Positions 49,931 to 63,747 of a stretch of DNA of 64,000 bases are shown in pieces. Position 1 is the stretch's first letter; each line of letters starts with the position of its first letter. The notes under the pieces were generated by a model. The model was not told where the DNA came from and searched no databases. It worked only from the letters and a program-made list of their open reading frames with translations. The position numbers and the translations under genes were made by a program. The stretch is from Octopus sinensis (taxonomy: Eukaryota), in NCBI RefSeq assembly GCF_006345805.1, contig NC_043003.1, positions 91,264,001 through 91,328,000 of the forward strand. The letters are read 5' to 3'.

Positions 49931-51187
49931 AGTTTAATTAAACACTATTTATCAATATGTAATTGCGATCATTATCAATGACAGGAATTACATTAGTGAT
50001 AGGCAAAATTTCGATTCCTCCATTAAAAAATTCTGCGTAAGCAATGGTGAATATGCTGTGATTTAGAATTATTGCGTGGCTGTTCGTCCTATTTTCTTTT
50101 CTAGATGTTCTTATATTAGGTAAGGCTATTAGGTTGCCTATGTTGACAATAACCACTCTAAGATTCGTTTGAGTTTCCAAATACACTGCACTATATGACA
50201 GCTGAAACATGTGTGAACATGTTGAAATATGACAAACAAGGTGAATATTGTTATAAATAAAAAATGTTTATTTTAAAACGTTTACAAATATTATGATTTT
50301 GAATAACTTCTGATCCAAGTGAGCATGTTTTGTTTTGTTTTTCCATCAGAGGTTAAAAATATTAGTTACGTATGTGACATGTAATCACTTAAGTTGGTGA
50401 AGTCGTGTTGAAGATGGAGGCGAGTGTAGTCCTTGATTGCCTTCATCGTGGTGACGAAGGAAGATTTTGTCTGTCGTAGGCTATAAAACCTTGTCTCTTC
50501 GTGCTGAAAGCGCAATAATCATAGCCTAATTGGTCTAGAGTTAAAATGTCATCCCTGTGGCTGTGTTGGTCGGAAAGAGGAAGGCCAATTGCTGGGAATT
50601 AACTTTCTTGTCTTATAATATAAAGTTAATATATGAATGATGAAACAGCGGTCGCGAAGATCGATCAGAACTTGCAAAAATAGGTTTCTTTCTCCGTTGT
50701 AGATAAAACTGTTGGCAATACAAACAACACCGGTGGAACAAACCGAGATGTACTATAAGCGAATCGAAAGGATACTAGATCGAATCTAAGCTAAATTAAC
50801 CACTTAACACTAAAAACGACACTATAGAAAAGGTGATTCTCAAGACCTGGACGTAAATAAATATATTGTCGCACCCAAGTTGACATGCTAAAATGACCCC
50901 AGCTTAATATTCACAACATCCTGCCACTCAGTCACTTTCAATCCCTCCTACTAAATTCCCTCCTCTCCCCCTTTCGTTTTCTTTATTCTTAACATCTTTA
51001 GACAATTACCCACTCCCATAATTTTGACCTCCTCCTTTTCTATTACCGACCATTTTATCTCTCCATACATGTTTTTTTGTTTTGTTTTTTTTTTGCTCGT
51101 TCTTCCGGCTTCGCCACACATTTCAAATTATATCTCCGGGGAGTTAACTTGGGATCCCTTGGCTACAATGTAACCTTCATTTAACTA

Positions 51188-51292
51188 AGGTATCTTCGGT
51201 CTGATGAGCAGCTAGTAGATCATCCCTTATTGAGTAATTATTACTTCCAACGTTCTGCTTGCTAGGAAACGTATGTAGCCTGGCTTTTACCT
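51188..51292 (+). ncRNA. Degenerate type I hammerhead-like motif
   Basis: CUGAUGA 51201-51207, AGUAGA/UCUGCU helix, GAAAC-GUAU-GUA, helix I GGU/GCC plus AGGUA/UACCU; base of helix II imperfect. Confidence 0.5.
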
Positions 51293-51714
51293 GCTCCATT
51301 CCCTCAATTTGGACTCGCATTCATAGCAACCTTAGTTGTTAACCATGAAGTATAATATTTTTTCAGTTTATCGAACTTCGATATGGGAAAAACCTACAAC
51401 CTTCTACGTCAATAAACTATTGTTGTTCCTGAAAGATGTTTTTATACCTACGATGGACAGCTCAAAATTTACTAACTTCTTATACCTAGATCCATGGATC
51501 TTAATCATTATACATAAATGCATATATATGTTTGTGTGCGCGCGCGTGTGCAAAATAGGGTCTTTATATTCGAAGATGATCCTTCCCTGTTTGTTAACCA
51601 AAGAAAGAACATAAATATATATACATACAAAGTGCGATGGGTAAATTATCACCATTTTATATTTTTAATTTCGCGCATGCACATTGATTTTTTAATATTT
51701 TGTCGACTACACAG

Positions 51715-52472
51715 TATAGTAGGGTCAGTTGGGCATCGTCTGTGAGAAAAACAACACCATGACGCAATTCACTCCGCCAGAAATTTGGAAACTATACACT
51801 GTATTGCTTGGCATTCGCGCCGGAAGCTCCAATACGAACAGATGATGGTGGACACACAGAACAACCTTTGGCTGTATCCCCAAAATTTGTACCAAGAGTA
51901 ATAAAAATCAAACATCCAGTCAACATCATGGCGTTTGGAGCGATCACTTGTGGTGGCACCGTTATGCCTCCATTAATCTTCCCACGCGGCCTCAGACTCA
52001 ACATAGAGGCCTACCCTGGGTCAAGATGGTGACTGCTGGAAGACCCCCATGTCTGGCAACAGGACTCTGCACCGTACCACACAAGCAGCAGAACACAGTC
52101 ATGGCTGTCAGACAATTTCTGCGACCACATCATCCCTAACATCTGACCACCTAACTCCCCAGACTGCAACCCCCTTGATTATTTTGTGTGGGGCGCAGGT
52201 GAGTGAGAGACTAACAAAACTCCTTGTAACACCAAAGATGAACTGAAGGCAAGGATTATGGTAGCATTCACCAACTTAAAAAAGGACGTGTCCAGAAGAG
52301 TTGCAGGAAATTCCGAAGTCGTCTGGAGGACGTGGTTGAAAACAGATTTTATTGAATAACTTTACTCTTTGGTATTTCAAGACAATTTTATGTAATTTTA
52401 GTAAATATATCTTATGTCAGTGTTATTTTCATATTTGCGTTATTTAGGCGACAATATATTCACCGCACCCTG
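51715..52472 (+). mobile_element. maT (DD37D) transposon remnant
   Basis: QQDSAP..PPNSPDCNPLDYFVWG with 37 codons between the two D; 3' TIR tcaccgcaccctg; 5' boundary approximate. Confidence 0.8.
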
Positions 52473-53717
52473 TCATGCGCGCGCGCGTGTGTATGTGTTT
52501 CCCCTATGACTTGCTTCTGTTGGTTCTACGTCTCAGCAAAATTATATGAGAAATATCATTATTTTCGACTTAAAAAACGGATATTTCCAAGCTACATAAG
52601 ATGCGTAAATGAACATTAGCGAGCCGTTCGGACACTCTCCCCCAACCACTTATATGCGTGTGTAGTCTATTCGTCGTTTGTCTTTCAAATTTCGGATCGT
52701 TGGCTGAGCATTATTTTCTTTAGAAAAATTGTTCGCTATACAATTTATTCATTTAGCGTATTCATTTATGCTACCCCCAGTACTTATACGAGTGCGTAGT
52801 CTACTCGTGGTTCGTTGATCAAATTTCAGCTCGTTATACGAATTTAATTTTCTTCAGAAAAGCTGTTCGTTATTCAATTTGTTCGTATATGGGTATCCCG
52901 CTGATATACACCATGTATATCTGTATTTATATTAGGTCCTTCTCTACACTGTTGCTCGACTTGCTAGACATATCAAACAAATCAATCCTACGGTCTTAAC
53001 ATAGAACGGATGCATTTGATAATACAACCCTAAATAAACTATGCTGAAAAAACTGGAATCGTTATTACGGCTGGAATGCTTTTCATCATCTTCATCAGGA
53101 GTAAAACAACAAAAACATTTATGCGGTTATAACTAACTACAAAGATAGCATTACGACGCAATAATTTGCCTTATAAACTGCGTAGTCTTAAAAATGAGTT
53201 GACAACGCTTTTGCGTCTTCCAAAATCATCATTATACATTATGCATGCACAAATAAACTTAATTGGTTTTTTTTTTTTAAATACGAGATTTAAAAATCCA
53301 AATCTATATTTAAGCTTGATGTAACATGTAGAGATGTGACAAGTTGATAATTGCAGTAATGAATCAAAGGAAGTTAATCCATACATATTGCGCATTTTAT
53401 TCAATCGTTACGTAGTTAAACAACTGCGACGAGTAAACAAAAAAGGTTATGACAGTCAGTTTTGCTCGGGAAACTTTTGTTCAGTACTTGCAAGTCTACC
53501 ACTAAGGTTTTGGAATATAAATGATGCAAGACTCAGCCGGAAAAAATGTGTGTGTGTGTAAAAATTAAATCTCAAACTTGCATAATGATTGTAGCCTGTA
53601 TGGAAGAAGCAGGAAGAATCAAAGCGTTTTTCACAGTCTTGCGCAATACGTACCTGCACTGTGACTGAACTGAAGATAGAGTTGAATGGATTGGCGGCAA
53701 ATTTGTGAGGTTAAATA

Positions 53718-54330
53718 TATACTTCACGGCAGTGATCCAACCACGGAAGTCCGGGCCTAGTCCAGCCGCCTTGAGTACTGGTGGTCTACCCTATCAAAAG
53801 CTTTACTTTGGTCCAAATGGGCCAATGCCCCACTTTTACCGGATAATTTACCAACCCTATCTAAGGTGTAGCGTAGGTGATGGAGATTGTCCTGGATCGA
53901 CCTGCCTGGAATGGCGCATGTTTGCGCCCTCCCAACAAGTTTCTCCGCGACACGCGCCAACCTCTTTGCCAGCACCTTGGCCAAAATTTTAAACTCTACA
54001 TTAAGTAGAGTTATGGGCCTAAAATTACTAATATGGTCCCCCTCGCTCGGATCTATTCTGATCAGCGTCACCACTGCCCGACTCACTGAGCTGGATATCC
54101 TTCCATTCTGCTGCCAGTTTGTGTAGACGCAGGACAACAAGTATCCGAACAAGTCCAGCATGCTACAATAAAATTCATAGGTCAGACCATCCAGCCCCGG
54201 CGATTTGTCCTGGATGCACTCAGCCAGTACCTCTTCAACCTCCGTAGCCGTAATTGGCCTACATAGCATTCCGCCTCCCGCGCCCCCGTGCATCGGCCGT
54301 GACATTCCTTCTACCACGGCCAACGTACAC
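53718..54330 (-). pseudogene. Tx1-clade LINE RT fragment
   Basis: KSPGLDGLTYEFY, NFRPITLLNVEFKILAKVLAKRL, QTCAIPGRSIQDN, LDQSKAFDRVDH. Confidence 0.9.
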
Positions 54331-54398
54331 AATTTTGTTCCATTTCAGTTACTTCATTTTTACATATTACAATCTTTTTTTCCTTTATATTATATGTC

Positions 54399-54640
54399 TT
54401 ATATACCACCGTTCTCGCAGCTATATTCTGCACAATTTCTTGCGGAGGAAGCAATTTTGTATCGTTTACATTTTTTTATTATGAGATACCTATACTTGAA
54501 TAATTCTGCTACAGTCACCTCCGACTCTATCATATTACCGCCTACGGCGGCCGAAAAACTTGCTTTTTTCTTGAGTACTTGTTTCACATTATCGGTTTCT
54601 TTTCTTGGTACCTTTTCCATTTCTGGGAAATCCTCCTGAG
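54399..54640 (-). pseudogene. Possible Tx1 ORF1 N-terminal fragment
   Basis: KASFSAAVGG..SEVT resembles NFAAVV..SEVT of the ORF1 at 8255. Confidence 0.35.
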
Positions 54641-55195
54641 ACAGTTAGTTGTACTCCACAATGAAATTACACAGAAAAATAAATTCCTTCAAAAAGAATA
54701 TACAAAGTGACAAAAAATAATTTTTTCCAAAATTATTTAACACAAATAATGTTTTTTAACCATGCAAAGGGTAAAAAAATCAAAGAGTTCAAATCACAGT
54801 TGTTTCCAACAATATCAAAAATTCCACAATTTTCTGACCCGCATGGCGAAAATAACAGTTCACAAATTAACAGCAGTTCGAATTTCAACAAGTGCAACAA
54901 ACAGTGCAATAACAATGAACATTAGATAATAACAAATTAAACTCACAAATACGCAGCAGCCAAAATGAGAGGTACTTAAGAGATGATTCTTTATTACGAT
55001 CATTGTCACACATAGGTGGCACAATACAGGACATCACAAACAAATACTGCATTTATGAGTGCTTTTCCAAGTGGTTTTTAAAATATAATGCTGAATGTTA
55101 TATTTTAAAAATTCACAAATTTTTCAAGTTTACCCTTGGCCATGAATCCCAACAGCTACACCATACCTTTTTTTTTTTTTTTACCATGGATGAGA

Positions 55196-55640
55196 TTAAG
55201 TAGGGTTATTCATATCCAACTTCTTTGCCACATCCTTCCATCTTTTCCCGAATATACTTCGAGACAAGTGTCTCCTCTCCAGCTCTATCTCGCTCTTCAG
55301 ACGATATCTGAAAGAATATAGCAAACCAGTGCCGCAGGTGAAAATTCCCGTCGCGACTCCTTTCGTTCTAGTTTTCCACGTACACTCTTTCACTACTGCG
55401 ACAATGCATAAAAAAACATGCCTCACCTTCCTTTGATAGTCCGGGTGGTGGTACAATCTCGATCATGGACTCAGCACGTGTTCTACGTAAATTATCAAGC
55501 CCGAAAGCACTGCCAGGTCAGTGAGTTCTGATAGTTATCCAGATACCACGGCCTGAAAGTTCTTTGAAACAGGTTGGCTAGTTGCCTTTCATCGAGCCCC
55601 AAAGTTTCTTCTAGGACGTCATTCCTCTTGAACTCTAGGT
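55196..55640 (-). pseudogene. Tx1-clade ORF2 C-terminal fragment
   Basis: SLTWQCFR and VFLCIVAVVKECTWKTR..FRYRLK..ERRHLS..F.KRW. Confidence 0.65.
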
Positions 55641-56454
55641 ACATCTCATCAGCAAGAGTCAAAAGCTCCCTCGGACAGAAGCCCCATAGTTAATGTGTGA
55701 AAATGAACAAAAGCCCCACGGTTATATTTTCGGGTTTTTTTTCTTTTTGTTTCTTTTTTTCACCTTTTGTGTTTCAGTCATTAGACTGCGGCCATGCTGG
55801 GGCACCACCTTGAAGAATTTTTAGTCGAATGTATCTACGCCAAAATTTTTATTTCTACTTGTTCCAGTCATTGGACTGCGACCATGCTGGGGCACTGCCT
55901 TGAAGAATTTTTAGTCGCAGTAAAATCAGCATTTTAAAATTTAAATTTAAAGTCTTTTGTTTTCTTCTCTCAGCACTTACAGATAAATGAGAATGAGCTG
56001 ACCTTTTGAACTTTCTCCGGCCGTTGAATGTCTAAACAGAATTATGGCGTCGAAGGTTAATCATTCAAACGTACTTCTTATCGTTTTTATGTTTCTACGC
56101 ATTTCTTGAAGTAAATGCTTTCCGTTTATTAGAATTCAGACAATATATACATTGAGTAGTAAAGAATCGTGTGTTCTGTTATTCTATTCTACTTATTTAT
56201 TTTCGATTGAATATATTTTGTTTACTTAAAAATTGGAATTTTGGAAAATAAAAGTTTTTTTACAACCGCGATTTCCGCTTTTGTTTACGTGAAATTATTA
56301 AATCTTTTGTTAAAATTTGGCTGATATTTCTAGCACGTGGAGAGACCTTCTAAGCTTAACTACATATGCTGGTTGAAAATCACCTAAAAATGACTCAGAG
56401 ATCGATACATCTGCTGACTGCAACGAGTAAAAAAAAATACGAAAAAATGAGCGA

Positions 56455-57345
<891 letters not shown>

Positions 57346-57534
57346 TTTCCCCTAAATCCCTATATACTCTGAATCCACAACATCTAAACAGTATTTGTCG
57401 AAGATTTTGTTAAAAGTATCCATTTTTGTGGATGTTATGAGGTAACAAAGTCGGGGGCGTATACATCTGTAGTAATGCCCTTTTATTTATACGATATTTT
57501 TATTTCATGCTTATTTCATTCATTGTTTGCAATA

Positions 57535-57573
<39 letters not shown>

Positions 57574-57944
57574 GCACGCACGCACTGCAAAGCTTACCGA
57601 TGGGCTGCTGAATTGAAATCTCTATGTGAGGGGAAGGTAAAACTTGACAAACTGCTTCTCCCTCAGTTGTTGGACTACCATGATGTTCATTTAAAAAAGA
57701 GAGATTATGACTGTCATAAAATAATGAAAGCAATATTTACTAAGCAAGTGTGCACTTATTATACTAGTATATATAATAAACATATATGTACATGGGTTTG
57801 GAAGTGTGCAAGTAATGATTGTAAGTTTGTATAAGCCGGTGCGCGCGCGCGTGTAAATGATGACTATATACATAGTGTCATATAAGCATATACATACATA
57901 CGTAAAAACTTTATTCTACTTCTTTTGCCAATAGTCTATATTTC

Positions 57945-58575
57945 AGTAAGCTTATGCCAAGAGCGTCGCCTAAACATCTTTCACCTGCGCTGCCTCCGGA
58001 AAATCCTCCGCATCCAATGGCAGAATCATATTCCCAACAAAGGTGTCCTCAAGCAAGCAGGAATACCAAGCATGTTTGCACTCCTCACACAAAGACGTAT
58101 GAGATGGCTTGGGCATGTTAGCCGTATGAAAGATGGCAGAATCCCCAAGGACATACTCTACGGAGAGCTTGCTAGGGGTACTAGGTGTGTGGGCAGACCG
58201 TTCTTACGTTACAAGGATGTTTGCAAAAGGGACATGAAGGCCTGCAACATCAATATTAGCGGTTGGGAAGCAATTGCCAGCAACCGTGGAGATTGGCGAC
58301 GTACCGTAAAAGAGGGAATACAAAGGAGTGACAGAGAGAGAGAGAGAGGAGAAATGGAAAGACAAGAAAAGACGTCAACAAGAAACTATGACATTACAAC
58401 CTGCCAGGAACAGTCTTCGCTACATTTGCGGTACCTGCCAGAGGGAGTGTTTGTCCAGGATAGGACTACACAGCCACAGCAGGAAATGTATCAGGACATG
58501 AAATGTAAAAGCCGGACTAGACTATTTTATGCGCAACTCCATTGTCTCCCGAGACAAAAAGGATGCCAACAACAA
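57945..58575 (+). mobile_element. RTE LINE 3' fragment
   Basis: ERRLNIFHLRCLRKIL, RMRWLGHVSRMKDGRIPKDILYGEL; tail ccattgtctcccgagacaaaaaggatgcc(aac)n. Confidence 0.9.
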
Positions 58576-59037
58576 TGCCAGTTTTACCAATTTATTTCAA
58601 TTGTGCCATTCTAACCTCTGCCATTATTACTGTTCACCGTACAGATACATATATAAATTTTTTTAGAAACGTGTGATAGATGTTCCTCTGTGAACACTTT
58701 ATTGTATCAAGTTACAGATAACTATCTCCTTCTATGTTTGTACTAGTGTGTGTGTGTGTGTGTGTGTGTGGAGAGAGAGAGAGAGAGAAACAGAAGTTTT
58801 ATGTATATATATATATACGCGCACGCGTCTGTCCCAAAGAAGGTAATATATCACCATGCCCAGACATGCTTTTATGGAAGGTTAGAAACAAAGGACAACG
58901 CTTGCATGACACTTGCTTACATATATCACGCGATATGAAGCCATGGAAACAGTAAAACACACACACATATCATCAATAAATCATAAATCCGGAAAAGAAG
59001 CACACTAAGTTATAGAGCATTAGATTATGTGAAGGCT

Positions 59038-59196
59038 GATATGGCCGGTTTATCGGGTTACCCGGGATTTCACGTCCATAAAACGCTTTGCTTTACAGTG
59101 GCCATAAGCCAACAGGTTTAGAGTCTGAAGAAATGCTGTAAAGCTAAGCGCTTTGTGGACATGAAACCCCGGGTAGCCCCATAAACCGGCCATATC
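59038..59196. repeat. Hairpin with 61-bp arms (7 mismatches) and 37-nt loop
   Basis: 59038-59098 versus the reverse complement of 59136-59196. Confidence 0.9.
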
Positions 59197-59258
59197 TATC
59201 TTTATCTATATGTAACGTTATATGTAGTGGTTGTTTAAGCAACGAGTTCGTGGATGAT

Positions 59259-59321
59259 AAATGGGTGCTGATGAAGAAGCAAAACCTCCCGAAACGTGGC
59301 ATATATGCCCATAACCCATTT
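59259..59321 (+). ncRNA. Degenerate type I hammerhead-like motif
   Basis: AAAUGGGU/ACCCAUUU helix I, CUGAUGA, CGAAAC, GGC(AUAUAU)GCC; helices II and III have mismatches. Confidence 0.5.
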
Positions 59322-59546
59322 TTTCATCTTCAATCTCATTGTTTTACACCTGACGTCTCAGGTACGGAATTAGAGCTGGCTAAAATTTCTATAGAAAATC
59401 TGTAGAGAAGATCTTAACACATGATTTAAGTGCGCTGCCAACACAGCAGTACACGGTATTGACTTACAAAAACGCTTATTGTACTTTGTAGCATGTAATG
59501 GTTTCATAACGAAACACCGTATGTGTGTCTATATGTATGTGTATCG

Positions 59547-59898
59547 TAGAAGCGCAGTGACCCAGTGGTTAGGGCAGCGGATTCGCGGACGTATAATCAT
59601 GGTTTCGATTCCCAGACCGGGCGTTGTGAGTGTTTGGGCTAAAACACCTGAAGCTCCGCGACACTCCGGCAGGGATGGAGGAAAACTCTGCTGTACACCT
59701 TCACCGCAATTTTCTCTCACTCTTTCTTCCTATTCCTGTTGTAACTATATTTCAAAGGGTTAGCCTTGTCACACTGAATCTCACCGAGAACTACGTTAAG
59801 GGTACATGTATCTGTGGAGTGCTCAGTCACTTGCACATTAATTACACGAGCAGGCTGTTCCGTTGATCGGATCAACTGAAACCCTCGTCGTCGGACTT
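59547..59898 (+). mobile_element. tRNA-derived SINE, family of 49543-49930
   Basis: gcgcagtgacccagtggttagggcagcgg..ggtttcgattcccagaccgggcgttgtgag; body colinear with the other copy. Confidence 0.85.
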
Positions 59899-60322
59899 CT
59901 AAAATATAACTACATGTATATATACAGTTATCTTTTATGTTGTCTGTATGTTTCTGTATGTCTTTCAACATACAGACTTTCACTATAATAACAGGTTATT
60001 TATTGTTGGGAGAGAAATATTGTAAGAGTAGGTAGGTAGGTAGATAGTGTTGTCACCATAGTAACAATTTTGATTAAAATCTTAGGAATTTTAAGTCCAA
60101 GTCTTATCAGTACAAAGCAACTCAGACTTCAAAAGAGACTATATGTATATATAATACATACAGCTGTCTTTTTGATTGTTTTTGTGTGTTATTTCTCACA
60201 AAGGTTTATCGTCTCTGACTGTTACTCACTCCCACTCCGTTTGTTGTTTATCTTCCTTATACAAGCTGACCGACTCGAAACTCATTGCATTTTATTAATA
60301 TGTAATAGATCTTCCTGGTTTG

Positions 60323-60378
<56 letters not shown>

Positions 60379-60444
60379 TTATATGTACGTATGTGCACGC
60401 GTGTGTGTATGGTTGAATTGAAGTCATAAGTATTATTTGTGCTA

Positions 60445-61084
60445 GGATCTTTTCCTTTTGAAGGCCAACACAATTTCTAGTTAACTAAGCACTTTAAAAC
60501 TTCGTATACTGGCAGAATGTTTCAAAAGAAAACATTATTTTCACTTGGCTTTCTTGATAAATTTGTAATTCGTTTGTTTAACGTAGTTTAATTTTTCGAA
60601 TTTTAACCAATGAATCGCCTCTATTTGAGCTGAAATCATTTGCTGCGTCTAAAAACTGAGACAACATCCTGTAACTAACCCCAACCCTAATTTTTTTTTC
60701 TTAATTGTTACGCGTGTAAAAAAAACTAAAGCAATGGAAAATAATTTAATCAGTTATCATACAAAATAATTCTATAATTTTTATACACACGCTTTCCGTA
60801 TACGTACGGAAAATTAGGGTTAGGGTTAGGGGGAGGATTAGGGTTAGTTACAGGATGTTGTCTCAGTTTTTAGACGTAGCAAATGATTTCAGCTCAAATA
60901 GAGGCGATTCATTGGTTAAAATTCGAAAAATTAAACTACGTTAAACAAACGAATTACAAATTTATCAAGAAAGCCAAGTGAAAATAATGTTTTCTTTTGA
61001 AACATTCTACCAGTATACGAAGTTTTAAAGTGTTTAGTTAACTAGAAATTGTGTTGAAATCTGGCCTTCAAAAGGAAAAGATCC
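60445..61084. mobile_element. Fold-back/MITE with ~245-bp TIRs and inner TTAGGG repeats
   Basis: ggatcttttcc..taaccccaaccctaat versus attagggttagggtt..ggaaaagatcc; no TSD found. Confidence 0.85.
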
Positions 61085-62479
61085 CAAAAGTCCATAAAAT
61101 AAATGACAGGCGAAACAGGTCATACTTAGCTTAACTTTTATTGGATCGTTACCGATTATATTCTCAATTTCTTTGAGTTGAAAGTAGATTACAAATACTG
61201 GTCTGTTCGGTGAAGCATCGTCATTATAGTTGTAGAAGGCTTAGTTAATGTGAAAGGAAGTTGATAGCAATAAGGCTCACACGATGCCATTAATGACATG
61301 ACGAAAGAGAGAGGAGAGGCACTGCCTCTGATATAGCTGGTAAGTAAGAGAGGCGAGTGTTGGCCTCTGACGCAGCCAAGGAAAGAAGAGACGTGTTAGC
61401 TCTGCAACAGAAGTCGAGTAAAAGAGGAAAAATTCTACTTAGCATTCCGTAATCATGACAATTCCATAACTAAACTGGGTCAATGGCTGTACCCCAGCAT
61501 ATCCCTAGCTATCGAGCTGAAACAAATAAAAGGGAAAAGGTAACAGCGGATATTTCGTGACTGAAATAATGGTCTTGGCCCAAAATGGTGAGGAAGCTGT
61601 TCTCGACCAGTAATACAAGAAAGATTTCGAGCGAAAAGTGAGCTAACTTGTGAAGGTGCCTTAAAGGACGTGCAGAGTACAGGTGTGTCTGGTGCTGTGG
61701 TCGTATGTAACTGTTGTGAGCAAATAAGGACGAAAAACTGAAAGAAGATATCAGGGTGTTTTGAACCAGGTAAACTTATTCTATGAACAACGTGACCAGT
61801 GAAAGTGGAAGAAGTGGCTGGACGCGAGGGCGCATGGTTTCTCTTCTTTTTATGTGATAATGCCAAGATCGGTGTTAACAGCTTTGGTCAAGGTCAGCTA
61901 AGAAGCGAGTTCAATGCAGTATAGGGTGAAGTGACGCAGTATCAGCGAATTAGAGCTGAGTTGATACAGACATAGAAACAAATTGCTGAATATACATATA
62001 GTAGGGTGCATGCGTGTATTTGGATGTATGCGTGTATGCATAAACATTGTTTATGCCAAAAAGCAAAAAACAAATAACCTTAGAAAATTGTAAGCATTCA
62101 TGCGAAAGTCACTGGGGTGTAGTCCATGCATGCGAAATACTTGTTTTGTTGCATTTCGTTGTTTTGTAAAGCTGACCGAGGTTAGTTAGCAGCAGCGAGA
62201 ATCTTAGGCGACGTATTCGGGAGTGCAGCTACATATTCAAATGGGTTTTAATAGTTTGCCGTATTGCTTGTGTACGTGGCCCAGCTTATACATGGGAATC
62301 GCAAATTTTCACCGGATTATTTTCAAATGGGTTGTTTTGCATGCTGACGACGAAAATAACATTCATTTTTTTCTGGAAATTAATATTAAAGAATTTACAT
62401 CAATGTTGAAAATTTGAGAAAATTTATGTTATTGATGGGCATCATTTTTTTTTTCATATTAAATTCCGATACCACCTAC

Positions 62480-62945
62480 AGGGTATTTATAGAAAATTCT
62501 ATCCAAAAATATCTATTTTTCTGAAAGTTATGAGGAAACGAAGTTCGAAGTAGGAAGCATATTTGCGTATGTATGTATATATATATATATATAAGTAGTA
62601 TCGAAAGTTTCTGTAGAAAGTCAGTGCTTGGAATGAACGTATGTAGCGTGTGATCGTCGCATTAGACATGACAGAGAAAGTTGTCATGGTGATACCGGCT
62701 CAGAGGCCTACGCAAAGTTGCAAAAAGTGTAATGGAAAGGAGTGTATGAACCGCTCACAAGTGTACGAATGATTCAGACGTTTCCAAGATGGCCGAAAAA
62801 ATGTCGCTATAGACCCGCAACCAGCAGAACTGAGAAAACAATGCAGCTGTGAGGGGAAATCGTCGAATCTGTGAGTTATCAGAGGATGTGCAGATTAGTT
62901 ACGGTTCAGTTCTAGTCCATTATCACTGAAAATTTAGGATGTTAT
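62480..62945 (+). mobile_element. Mariner 5' fragment; continuation at 63750-63870 (+) and inverted 5' copy at 63870-64000 (-)
   Basis: SEAYAKL..NRSQVYE..RFQDGR, SIITENLGM; MRRVSAKLVPKLLSADQK; minus strand EQRICIKFCQKYGDTCSEAY. Confidence 0.75.
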
Positions 62946-62946
62946 T

Positions 62947-63747
62947 ATAGTATGCGATCCACCACGGTGCCAAACAGGGTTATCTACCTTATCTTTCAGA
63001 TATTCTAGAGATAAAATACTTGAGATATTTCAGATCATTTTTTTTTTTTTTTTTTTTCAAAATCATAGTTTTAGCAACTAACCATGATCACTCAATGGCC
63101 TGAGCGTGTGCTCCAGTCACTGGATCCACATAATGTCATTGATGGTTCGCTGTCAGATGGTGGTAACCTATGGCATTTAAATTATTATAAGCGGGCCACT
63201 CATCTGAATGAATTAGTGAACATTTTTCATTCTTTTTCAATAATTAGTATCAGACTGTTCCACACAGAAGTATCGACAGTCTGCGACCAAAAACCTACGG
63301 CCCATTAATTCTACGTCTATGGTTCCAGTTGTGTAGTTGTTCCGCATTACTGTCTTCGAAGAGAGGAGCGTTGTCGCTATTCAGCATTCTTCCTCAATTG
63401 TATTTTCCTCGACCAGCAAATCTTGTTTCTTCCATCTGAATGGAGTTATCGTTTGTTTCAACCATCTGCCCTCGTCATTCATGATAAACTATGACTCCAC
63501 ACACCCCACGGCACATACTGTACCAGTCATTTATGTTTTTAGATTTTACTGTTAGAGTCACTCCTATGGTCATGGGTAGATCCATGACAAAGAAAAATAT
63601 TAGTTCTAAATTCTCACTGAGACTCAACTTGAAGTTTAATTTGTTAATGTCCGTATAATGGAAAACATTGGTTTCCTTTACTAACTAAACATGTAAGGTA
63701 GATAACCCTGGCTATACTGTTTGACAACGTGGTAGACTGCATACTAT
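62947..63747 (-). mobile_element. Merlin (IS1595/ISXO2-like) transposon, deleted and decayed
   Basis: TIRs atagtatgc..cacgg..caaacagggttatctacctt; IQMEETRFAGRGKYN.GR and IHSDEWPAY..GYHHLTANH..YVDPVTGAHAQAIE. Confidence 0.8.

Noticed and set aside
52620-52900. Two diverged ~130-bp tandem units; also considered as a CRISPR-like array
   Set aside because: Only two degenerate units and no repeat-spacer pattern; no CRISPR array anywhere in the window.
23090-53110. Further partial hammerhead cores near 23100, 32594, 45760 and 53094
   Set aside because: The core or helices are too degenerate to support a call.
61200-61900. Possible decayed CR1-like LINE
   Set aside because: Composition looks coding-derived, but no diagnostic motif could be read.
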